From Phoronis australis (lineage: Eukaryota; Animalia; Phoronida), in the NCBI GenBank assembly GCA_002633005.1, contig NMRA01000035.1:785888-834000 (forward strand): DNA of 48,113 nucleotides. Direction: 5' to 3'. Shown in pieces: positions 11,962-22,520 of the stretch; position 1 is the stretch's first letter; each line of letters opens with the position of its first letter. The notes beneath the pieces are model-generated. The model saw nothing but the letters and a program-made list of their open reading frames with translations, did not search any database and was not told the origin of the DNA. A program made the position numbers and the translations under genes.

Positions 11962-12651
11962 TATGGAGGCCTCTGATTGGTCGGTTGAAAAGAAGGTTCT
12001 CATTGGTCGGTTTATTGGAGGCTTCTGATAGGTCGGTTGAAAGGAAGGCTGTGATTGGTCGGTTCAATGGAGGCTTCCGATTGGTTGGTTGAAAGGGAGG
12101 TTCTGATTGGTCGGTTCAATGGAGGCTACTGATTGGTGGATTCAATGGAGGCCTCTGATTGGTCTTTTTTCCCACCTTTTTTTTCCCCTTTTTTCATTTT
12201 CCCACCTTATTTTTACTTTTTCCAGCCTTTTTCCTATCCCGCCTTTTTTATTCTTCCCATCTTTTACTTTTTCCCGCCTTCTGTTTTTCCCTGCATTTTT
12301 TCTTTTTCCCGCCTTTTATTCTTTTGTCGCCTATTTCCCGCTTTTTATTTTTTCCCACCTTTTATTCTTTTCGTACTAAACTTTTTTTACTTTTTCTGAC
12401 CTGTTTTTGATTCTTGCCATCATTTTTTGTTTTCCCGCCTCTGATTGGTGGATTCAATGGAGGCCTCTGATTGGTCGGTTCAATGGAGGCTTCTGATTGG
12501 TCGGTTGAAAGGAATGTTCTGATTGGTCAGTTTATTGGAGGCTTCTGATAGGTCGGTTGAATGGAAGGCTGTGATTGGTCGGTTTAATGGAGGCGTCTGA
12601 TTTGTGGATTCCATGGAGGCCTCCGATTGGTCGGTTGAAAGGAAGGTTCTG
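11962..12651. repeat. Second block of the 26-bp CCAAT satellite, with polypyrimidine spacer copy 2 (12162-12437)
   Basis: Same units and same spacer as 1-1234, in the same orientation. The block ends at an assembly N (12652). Confidence 0.95.
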
Positions 12652-12914
12652 NTAACGCATCAGTATACATGTAGGTACATGTCTGCATCTGGCAATCACC
12701 TATTAACTACAAGATAAGTTACATTACCCATGAGGCTGACTTGCAAGTGAAGTCATGCGTGGACGCCTAAACAGAATACTTGAGAAATCTGAGATGGATT
12801 CAATTTCCTTGTGCCAGTTCCCACATCATTTTTTCACGCAACCATAGTGCACAACCATCAATGCACAAACAATGATGCGGATATTTCCTGATGCATGGAC
12901 GTTAAACATGTGAG

Positions 12915-14825
12915 CAGATCACGACATATACAGCAGAAGTACTGAGACTGAATCAGCAGGAAGACCTGATCACTTAGAGCTAATTTGGCCATCTTATTGG
13001 TGAATTCTCGATCAATTCATCTGATCCCTCTGCTGTGTATCATGCAATCCCTAAATCAACTATGCAGGCACCAAAGAGTGTCCATACATCAAAGCCTTCC
13101 ATCTAATCTCCAAACAACGACTGTTCGCACATCGATACCTGATATCAACTGTTCACATGTCAACCATTCACACATCGAGGAACATCCATACATCGAGGTT
13201 CACCATCTAACACCTACATACCGATCGTTCACGTATCAAGGAGCATCCAGGTATCGAGGATTGTCATCTTTTGTCCACAAACCAACTGTTTGCACATCAA
13301 TGGCTGACATTAACTGTTCGCATACCAATCTTCCAAACACCAAGAAGCATCCTAGCATCAAGGATTGTCACCTGCTGTATGCATGTCANTTTGCACATCA
13401 ATGGCTGCCATCGACTGTTCGCATACCAATCTTCCAAACACCAAGAAGCATCCTAGCATCAAGGATTGTCACCTGCTGTATGCATGTCAACCATCCACAC
13501 ATAGTGGAACATCCCACATCCAAGATTACCATCAAATGTTCGCATATCGACAGCCCACACACCATGGAACGTCCATTCATTCAAGCATTGGCAACTACTA
13601 TCCATTTGTCAACCTTCCTCATATCGAAAAATGTCAATGCATCGAGGATCGACATCTTCCATACACATATCAACCACCCTCACATCAAGAAATGTCCACT
13701 CATCAAGGTCCACCATCTACTGACTACAAACCAACTGTTCGCACAACAGTATCTACCATCGGCCATCCACATAGCAATCTTCCACACACCGTGGAACATT
13801 CACACAACTAGAATCCTCAACTACCATTCACCTACCGATCATGTGTCCACTGATGCCTGCCATCCACCGTATGCATATTGACTGTCCCCCCACCGGGACA
13901 GTCATTATACATACAGTCCATTGACCATATGCATATTGACTGTCCCGGTGGGGGGACAGTCAAGATGCATACGATCAAGGGCAAGCATCAATAGAAACAT
14001 GGTCAGCAGGAGGATGGGAGATGAAGATCCTAGATGTGTGAACATTCCTTGATGTGAAGAAGATCGAAATGCTAATGGCTGATGGCAGACATTGTTGCGT
14101 GAATAGATGGTTTGTGGACAGTCGAAGGTCATCCTCGACGAGTGGACGTTTCTCGATGTGTAGATGGTTGACATGTGTACAGAAGATGATGATTCTCGAT
14201 ACATGGACATTTCTCGATATGTGGATCGTCGACATATGGACAGTAGAGGGCAATCCTCAAATGTATGGAAGTTCCACAATGAGTGGGTAGCCGATACACA
14301 AACAGTCGATGGCAATCCTGGATATGTGGACATTCCTCTATGCATGGATGGTTGATATGCAAACGGCAGATGACAATTCTTGATGTGGGAATGCAACTCA
14401 ATGTTTGGACGATCGATATGTGAACAGCCGATGGCAGACATTGATGTGTGAACAGTCGGTTTGTGAACAGAAGATGCCAATCCACGATATCTGGATGCTC
14501 CTGTGATACGTGAATGTTCGATATGCAGACAGTAGATGGCGATCTTCAATGTTTGGACATTCCTCGGAAAGTGGATGGTTGATATACAAACAGTCGACCC
14601 AAGGCACCAACACACGGACAGTCGATATTTAGAGATTAGACGGCCCTCTTCGATGTCTGGACATTCGCTGGTACGTGGATAGTTGATCTGCGGACAGCAC
14701 AGTACACACCACAGTGATCAACCAGAACGACCCGGAATTCCCCGACATGATGACAAAATTAGCGGTTATGACCTTGAATTCCTTGCCCATCTGCCAAACT
14801 ACTTCGGGTGTTTTTCGTGAACTGC
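12915..14825. repeat. ~1.9-kb imperfect foldback: two diverged copies of an element built from ~61-bp subunits, joined tail-to-tail
   Basis: The left arm (e.g. GCTAATTTGGCCATC...ATCAACTATGCAGGCACCA...TCTAATCTC) matches the reverse complement of 14620-14765. The central 13868-13913 matches the reverse complement of 13928-13973. Confidence 0.85.
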
Positions 14826-16304
14826 AAAATTGGATTTAGGTGAAATTACGAGTTGAAAANTGGATGCAGTAAATTTCAGATGGTTGATGACAATATTGCA
14901 TCCCATCCTAGGAACTTCTCTCCATACCTGAAAAAGGAATGTATACCTGAAAACCATGCCCTCAATCAGCAAGCATCAGTTTTTAAGCAATTTTTGGCCA
15001 AGATAATTTTCAAAAAGCCCAATGCTCTCAGCCAACAACTTCCATTTTACGTCATTGTTACATTGTACCTTGCTAGGCCTCTTCTAAATTGTAGCATTTT
15101 ATGTAATTGTTACAGTTTACCTGGAAAGCACAAGAGAGAAATGTACCATTGTTACATTTTTCAAAAGCAAGTATATTTCATGCTTGGTATTGATCACACG
15201 GAGCAAAATGGTTCACACACCTAACAGGTTCTTTCCCGGATTGCTCGAATGAAATTCTGTCAAGTGGGCCAGCTCGAATTTATACATGTGTACCCATGTG
15301 CTTTCCATTGTTTTTTAACCCAAATAGTTTCTTAGAATATTCAATAGCTCTGCCCCATTCAGTTTCAACTCCAGATGAAAGGCGTTTTCAAGGTTAGGTA
15401 ACAATTTTTAATTAAAGTGTTCGTGCAATCTTTTGTTGGCACTCAAGTCATAAATTTTGTATCTGGCATTACAGTAAACATGTCAGTTGTTAAGCACAAC
15501 ATAAACAATGACATTGTATTTTGGCTAATGCTTATCGTATTTCTTTGGGAAAAAATGACCAAAGCCCATTCCACATAAAATTGTTGCTAGTACCCCGGCC
15601 GTGTCAGATACCACTTATTCTGATTTTGGTCATTTACTTTATGATGTGATCTTGGTTTCATAAAATGTAATAATTGCATGTTTGTTGCATGTACATTGCA
15701 CATAAAATGGAACAATGATATAAAATGTAACAATGTAAAATGTTGCAATTTCATCGAATACAACAGTTGTAACATTTTACGAAATTGTTTCATAATATAC
15801 CAAAGCCCCATACATCTGCGATAAAAAAAATTTCAGTTTGGGAAAGTGTCTTGGAATTTTAGGCAATGATATGTATAGCAACTTTTTTGTTAAATTTCAT
15901 AAACATCCATCAAGACGTTGGTAGTGAAATAAATTTCTAATTCGTTTTAAGTGTTGTAGGTAGAGGTTCTACTTTCACTTTTCTACTAAAGTGTACATGC
16001 TTTTTGGTTACAAAGAATGTTAGGATTCAACAGTTCATTCGCTTTTACAGTTTTACCAAGTATAAAAGTTTGAAAATATAAAATGTTTGCACATTTTTGC
16101 ATTAATATAATATTCACCCATTCTTTCCCAAAAAGACTGAACAAAATTGCAGTTCCAAAATAAATGTTTTAAATTTTAAGTTTCATTCCTGTAAAAGGTA
16201 CATCGGTCAGTTGGAGAAATACAAATTAGCTTTCAAAAGTTATTAGTTGCTAAAATTCTGTGTGCATTTCTGACATTTGAAACCATCAGTCTAATATTTG
16301 AAGT

Positions 16305-17260
16305 ACAAGAAAAACATAGAAGTAGTCGCAATAAAGAAAACTGCCACTAGGGGCCACCCGAATAACATCCGGAAATTAATGTCAGCCAGGGTTTTTGCAT
16401 CCGGAACACAACCATCAATTTTCATAATGGTCCTTTGAGTGGTTTGGCAGACAGAGAGGCAGAAGTCAAAAGCATAATTTTCAAATATGGCCACCAGGTG
16501 ACGCAGAAAACATCAAACCTGTATGAAAATGGGAGGGTGTTCTCGTTTCCTTTGTAGAAACTTGTTTGCTGAATTTCTTGAATATAAATTCATGTCCTCC
16601 AAAGATACAGAATCGGGTTGAACATAAAAAGAACATTTTGCCAATAGGGTGCACAGTGGTATTTGGATCAGTTCAACACTTGTCACCATTTGTCATCCGT
16701 TCCATAGGAAGATATCTTTACAATTTCACAAAGCTCCTTCAAAGGGTCACGGAGACTAAGCTGCAGACGCAAAAAACAAAATTACAACTAGGGGGTGACA
16801 AAGTAATTGGATCCATCTAAACGTTAATGTCATCTGTTGATAGGTATGGTACATAGGGAAGCGTTCGCCAGTAAACCGACGCAAAAATAACAAAAATGGC
16901 CACAATATAGTGCAGAAAACATCAAATCTGCCCGAAAAGGCATTGTCTTCTTATCAGAAACAAATTCGCAAAATTTCATGGAAATGCAAACGTATGGAGC
17001 ACAGTGGTATTTGGATCAGTTCGACAGAAATGCATCTTTCAAATTTCACTACTTTCCATCTGTCAAAGAATTGAGGATTTAGCCGCTGATGCAGAAAAAA
17101 ATCACCACTAGGGGGCGAAACAGTTGTCAGACTTGTCTGAAAGGGAATATCAATCATGGCCTTCTCATCAGGAACACATCTGTAAATTCTCATAATGATC
17201 CTTTGAACAGTATGGCAGATAGAGATGAACGCCATGAAACGGACGGAAAAATAAGAAAAA
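16305..17260 (+). mobile_element. Older, degenerate copy of the Helentron/HINE-like element
   Basis: Begins with ACAAGA, has core units with CCACTAGGGGCC (16344), CCACCAGGTGACGC (16491) and CCACTAGGGGGCG (17105), and ends near ACGGACGGA (17239). Confidence 0.65.
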
Positions 17261-17520
17261 TGTGTTTTTCATCTGACATTTTTATACTTTCACAAAAAAA
17301 TCTCCAAACTCAATCATCTTAAGAACAGGTCAATGAATCGAATGATTTTTCAAAATCCACTATTGTTACAAGACCCAAAATGTCATTCAGAGTTCAGAGA
17401 AGTGTTTTCACCAATAAATTGACCAGATAAAGTCGGCCTGTCTGAATTGGGTGAATCAATTTTTTCAACGACTTTTTTCCAAAGTCGATGACAAAATTTT
17501 TATTTTTTTTGAAAATTCTG

Positions 17521-17985
17521 GGGGCTTGCCGGGTTTTAGAAGAACTTTAATTACCCACTGCAGTTGTGAAGTGGGGAGATCATTCATTTTACAACTATAC
17601 TTGAAAGATCTAAATAAGAAAGGTGATAATTCCTTCCAAAAGCAAAACCATCAATTCCCGGACTTAAGTTATTTTTCATGTTCTCGCAATTTTATTTCTT
17701 GCAGATTAATATCAGTATCTAAACTTGCTCGATCAATATCGCTAATTTTTTCGGATATTTAGAGTTTCCGCTGTGTCACTGATATTCTGAATTCCACATG
17801 CACTGTCTCTAGAAGCATATAGTTTTTGTAAAAAGATTTTTTTAATTCACTTAAACTTTCTTTTTGTTTTGTCAAAGGTTCACTAAAGGGCTTTATCACC
17901 TTAGTTATTGTTATCTTAACCACGTTTTAGTTTTCTAAGCCACAAAAAAGTACTTTAATTGTTGCCTTATCACCTCTTTCGAATT
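17521..17985 (-). mobile_element. Decayed L1/Tx1-like non-LTR retrotransposon ORF2 fragment (region just N-terminal to the RT core)
   Basis: Manual minus-strand translation across frameshifts and stops gives ERGDKATI-KYFF/CGLEN*NVVKITITKVIK...LTKQKESLSELK..FYKN*YASRD...LDTDINLQEI...NMKNNLSPGIDGF..FWKELSPFLFRSFKYSCKMNDLPTSQLQWVIKVLLKPGKP. This fits the L1-clade pattern EGEKxTKYF...KSPGxDG...FW..L...LPxS...I.L+PK. Confidence 0.85.
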
Positions 17986-18057
17986 AGGATCGTTTTGTAA
18001 GTAATTGAACCAATCTAGATTATAATCCTGAACAACATTCCAGTCACCACAGAGGAC

Positions 18058-18759
18058 AACGAGAGCAACGTGGGACGTTGAAATCTACCTAAAACAGTGT
18101 GCTTCTAGTGGTGTTTATTTGTATCATAAAAATGGCCACTATATGGTGCTAAATACGTCGTATCCAACCGAAACAGTGATATGCTGTTAATTTTTAATAG
18201 AAAACTACCTGATTTCATAAAAATCTGTCGAGGAAAACAAAGAAAATGGAAAAAAAATGAAATAGCCACTAGGGGCCACAGCGTTTGTCATATCCATCTG
18301 AAAGTTGTCGTCTGTTGTCAACTTCATATTAATACACTTAGTGCTAAATCTAATAAATATTCTGCAATGGGTTAAGAAGATACAGCTATGGGTGCAAAAC
18401 AAATGTCACTAGGAGGCGCCACAATACTCAAAGTTATTATCGCAATCGTCCTCATTACACTGAGAACACATATGCCAATTTTCACAATCATCCTTAGAAT
18501 GCTTTGGTTGATAGAGAGCCTTTAAAGATACAGACTAGGTAAACGAAAAAAAAATTGCCACCAGGGGGCACATTGTTAGTTGTATTCGTCCAAAAGTTTG
18601 CTCATGCTGTCCCAGTGATGAATGGAACATATGTGAAAATTTTCAGGAACATATGTCATTAGATTTTGAAGACAGCAGCGGACGACAGACGAACAGGTAC
18701 ACGGACGTGGATGACTGCATAATGCGTCCACACTTAAATATGTGTGCACATAACAAAAT
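18058..18759 (+). mobile_element. Non-autonomous Helentron/HINE-like element, short copy (4 core units)
   Basis: 5' AACGAGAG plus hairpin CAACGT-GGG-ACGTTG. CTCF-like cores near 18135, 18266, 18406 and 18558. 3' GACG/GACA microsatellite followed by ATGCGTCCACACTTAAATATGTGTGCACAT. Confidence 0.75.
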
Positions 18760-19028
18760 CCAAATCCACTTTGTCCATTTTATCTTTAATGTTTTGAAAA
18801 AAATCAGTATCATCGGCATTCGGCCTATATGAATTCACAAGAAATATTTCAAACTTTTCACTGCCAAAAAATTGCCAACCGAGTCCTCATGAATACATTC
18901 AACTTCATGCTCAAAATTGTTCTTAATTAAAACGGACACATCCTGGAGTTTCCTGTTCCATGATGGAAATAACACTCTTACCCTCACTGAGTTCTCACTA
19001 TGTTTTCAATATTACTTTTAAAATGAGT

Positions 19029-20765
19029 ACAAGAGCAACGCGGAGCGTTGAAATGCACCCACAAATGCATCGTAAATGGTGGTTTTGGGGTTTACTTAAT
19101 TGTATCATAAAATGACCACTAGATGGCGCAAAATGTACAATCCATCCAAAAACGGGAACATGCCATATTTCATAAAAATCTGTCAAGGAACTTCAGAGAA
19201 ACAAAGGAAAACAGAACAAAATGAAATAACCGCTTGTGGGCACAGCGTCCGTTCCATCCGCCTGAAAGTCGTCGTCTGTTATCTTCATATAAATTCACTT
19301 ACTAAGTTTAATAAAGATTCTGCAGTGGGTTTTGGAGATACAGCTATGGGCACAAAAAAACAAAACTACCACTTGGAGGTGCCACAGTAGTCAGTCGCCA
19401 TCATCAAACGTCCTCTTCACACAGAAAACATATACACCAATTTTCAAAACAATCCCTAGAATGATTTGGTTGATCGAGGGGTGGACGCCAAAAACAAGAT
19501 TTTAACTAACGGCAAAAAATGACCACCAGGTGGTGCAAAATACCTAGATTCCATCTAAAAACAGGAAAATGGCGTCATCTCACCAATAGATGATTTTAAT
19601 CAAAATTTTATGAAAATATGTTGAGGACCTTTGAAGATACACTGACGGACTGGTAAACGTAAAAAACTAAAATTGTCACTAGGGAGCACACCACTTGTCA
19701 GATCCGTCCGAAAGTCATCGTCATCATTGTCAACATCATGTAAATACACTTGCTAAATTAAGTAAAGATCCTTCAAACGGTTTAATAGATACAGCCATGA
19801 ATGCAAAAAAACTGCCACTAGGAGGCGCCACAGTAGTCAAACTCGTCGGAAAATTGTTGTCAGCCGTCCACTTCATAGTAAAAACATTTATGCAAATATT
19901 CACAATTATCCTGAAAGCGGTTTAGTTGATAGACAAGTGGACGCCAAAAAACAGACTCGAAAACAGTAAAATGTCCACTAGGTGGCGCAAACTAGGTTGA
20001 ATGCAACTGAAAACAGAGAGATAGCGTCATCTCATTAACAGATGCCTGTATGCCATATTTTATGAAAATACCTTGCGGACCTTTGAACATACAGAGGTAA
20101 ATGTAAAAACAATATAATTGCCACTAGGTGGCACACAAGTATAGTCAGATCTGTCTGAAAGTCATCGTCCTTCGTTGTTAGCATCATATAAATACACTTA
20201 CTAAATTTAGGAAAGATCCTGCTAACGGTTTAGGGATACAGCCATAGGTGCAAAAAACAAAACTGCCACTAGGAGGCGCCACAGTAGTCTAAGTCGTTGG
20301 AAAATCGTCGTCAGCCGGCCATTTTATATTAAGAACATATATGCCAATTTTCACAATCATCCTTTGAGCAGTTTGGTTGATAGAGGGGTGGACACAAAAA
20401 CAGTATAAATGGCCACTAGGTGACGCAAACTACGTCAAATCCATCTGAAAACGGGAGGATAGCCTCATCTCACTAATAGGTGCCTATGTACCTATTTTTA
20501 TGAAAATCCGTTGAAGACTTTTAAAGATACAGAGGTAAACGTAAAAAACTAAAATTGCCACTAGGGGGCACACCGGTAGTCGAATCTGTCTGAAAGTTCG
20601 ATTATGCTATCCCATCTACGGAAGGAACACATGTACAAAATTTCATGAACATATGTCAAGGCATTTTGGAGATAGTAAAGCAGACGCCGGACGTACGGAC
20701 GCCGGACGGACGGATGGAAATGACAGCATAATGCGTCCACGTATAAATATGTGGGCGCATAAAAA
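19029..20765 (+). mobile_element. Apparently complete non-autonomous Helentron/HINE (DINE-1/pearl-like) element with ~11 core units of ~145 bp
   Basis: 5' ACAAGAG, hairpin CAACGC-GGA-GCGTTG and subterminal IR ATGCACCCAC (19053-62). Internal tandem cores follow. The 3' end has a (GGAC)n microsatellite at ~20683-20713, the stem-loop ATGCGTCCAC-N10-GTGGGCGCAT (20731-60, complementary to the 5' IR) and an A-run. Confidence 0.8.
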
Positions 20766-21511
20766 TCGAATGCTTTAATTGCTTAATATAGCTAAAGACA
20801 TCTTTTCGTTTAGATGAGGAACCCAAACGTCTGCAATTCATAGAGACAATACAACTCATTGTGTTGTATTAGAGACTGAAATAACCTGCAAGTATGACGA
20901 GTACTAACCAGGTAAGAAAAAAACAGACTGGCGGCCTTAAAAAGAGTTCTTGGTTAACTGTATCTAATGCATTTAGCTAACAAACGATAGGAATAGTGTC
21001 CAAATTCCTGAGAGTATAAACTTCTCCCTCTATGACCAGTTTGTCTGTATTGATAGCAAGGGGAGAAAGTTGGCAAACCAATGTTTACATAGTTTAGCTC
21101 TCTCATTGTCTGCGTTCATGTGATAACCTCACGTAATCTAACAATTATTGTAAAAAGGGCATCTGACACTAACTATATTTGAAATACTTCCAAACAAAGT
21201 TCAACAAATGTCGTGAAGAAGTTTTTTTAAGAGATACTGTCACCAAAAACCTTCAAATGGAGAAAAATTGTCAAATTTCAGAGAAATTAGACTTAATTTT
21301 CCCCTGCTAATTAATTTGTGTGACTAAGCACTGACACCTATTTGTCAAACACCATTGTGTACCAACACAATACGCTTGTTTGTCACGTTGATTCTAGATC
21401 AGATGGCAATGTTGGAAATTTCATGGTTTTATCAGTCCAGGGGAATGGTACATAACATGGACACATTCTCTTTATACCCTTCGAAATGCCAGCGGTGGTA
21501 AAATGACCCTG

Positions 21512-21912
21512 GGCCCGGTCTCCAATCTTTTTACTCGAAATGGAAGTCGAAATTAGGTTTGGCATTTTCTACTCAACTTTTGGGCAAACTCAAGATGAGT
21601 GTCTATTATTCTATGCTTGAGTACACAATAACTTACGTAGATAATTTATTGCCCTTAGTTCACAGTTTGTAAACCCAATATTAAAGCAATAAGTTCGAGT
21701 TTGAACTCGAAATTTCGAGTTTTTACTCGATTTTGTAGCACGAATACAAGGGCCCTCAAGGGCAAACTTGAACTAGAAACTCCTATGCATAAACTATAAT
21801 GTATTCGAGCACAGTCTGATAACCAATTATCTTAAGTTCGCACAAAAGGAGCAGAGAAATTGCCAAAAATAGTTTCGAGTTCGTTTCGAGTACAAAGATT
21901 AGAGACCGGGCC
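21512..21912. mobile_element. PIF/Harbinger-like MITE, 401 bp, long TIRs, CTG target-site duplication
   Basis: Left end GGCCCGGTCTCCAATCTTTTTACTCGAAA matches right-end reverse complement GGCCCGGTCTCTAATCTTTGTACTCGAAA, with similarity continuing >100 bp. Flanked by CTG at 21509-11 and 21913-15; CWG TSDs are known for animal Harbingers. Confidence 0.85.
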
Positions 21913-22149
21913 CTGGTATTGTTCTGCGTCACTAGGTTTAAAGTTTTTCTAGACGTGACGTATATCGACGAATTTAAGTTTACAATTTAGAGGTTTTACA
22001 TTTATCATAAACGATTTTACTGCGAACATGTGTTCATCTTTACAATAATTGTCACCAGCTACTTGTCAAATTTCATAAAAATTCATCAAACTGTGAAAAT
22101 ACATAGGAAAACAAGGAGTTTATGTAGTACTACACTCCTTGGTGACAAC

Positions 22150-22520
22150 AAGCTGTAGACATAAAAACAAAACTGCGACTTAGAGGTGTCACATTAATGT
22201 TCTTTCCAGTAAGAGCGTATGCTACTTGGGTACAAAAAAGACGCACAAAAGGCATTATTTCGGATGTAAGGCCATGGGCCTAAAGGCACGGCAATATGGT
22301 AAAAAGAAATATTTACCAAATTTTTAATGTATGCCGAGAAACTACAGAGAAACACAGGCACTGAATGTAAAAAATGTCATTAGGATGTACAGCCGTAGTC
22401 AAAACGGCACCGCCTAACGTATGGACCTATGAAAGGGACACTACTTGGACATGAGCCAACATGCGAATCACTCCCAAAAAATGTCATCATTACGAATATA
22501 AGCCTGTGGGCATAAAGATG
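22150..22520 (+). mobile_element. Highly decayed relic of the same HINE-like core repeat
   Basis: AAAAACAAAACTGCGACTTAGAGGTGTCACA and AAAAATGTCATTAGGATGTACAGCCGTAGTC resemble the C-type unit (AAAACTGCCACTAGGAGGCGCCACAGTAGTC). Confidence 0.45.

Noticed and set aside
12107-12410. Phe-rich 'membrane protein' ORFs
   Set aside because: They are open in all three frames because the T-rich spacer lacks stop codons; a low-complexity artefact.
13290-13490. Near-exact ~100-bp direct duplication
   Set aside because: The two copies sit on either side of an N (13389), which is typical of unmerged contig-end overlap, so it is probably an assembly artefact.
12985-14615. Long His/Cys-rich ORFs (298 aa on +, 236 aa on -) resembling zinc-finger proteins
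   Set aside because: They lie on mirror arms of the foldback and have overlapping ORFs in several frames. The ~61-bp unit does not preserve frame, there is no C2H2 spacing, and one ORF crosses an N.
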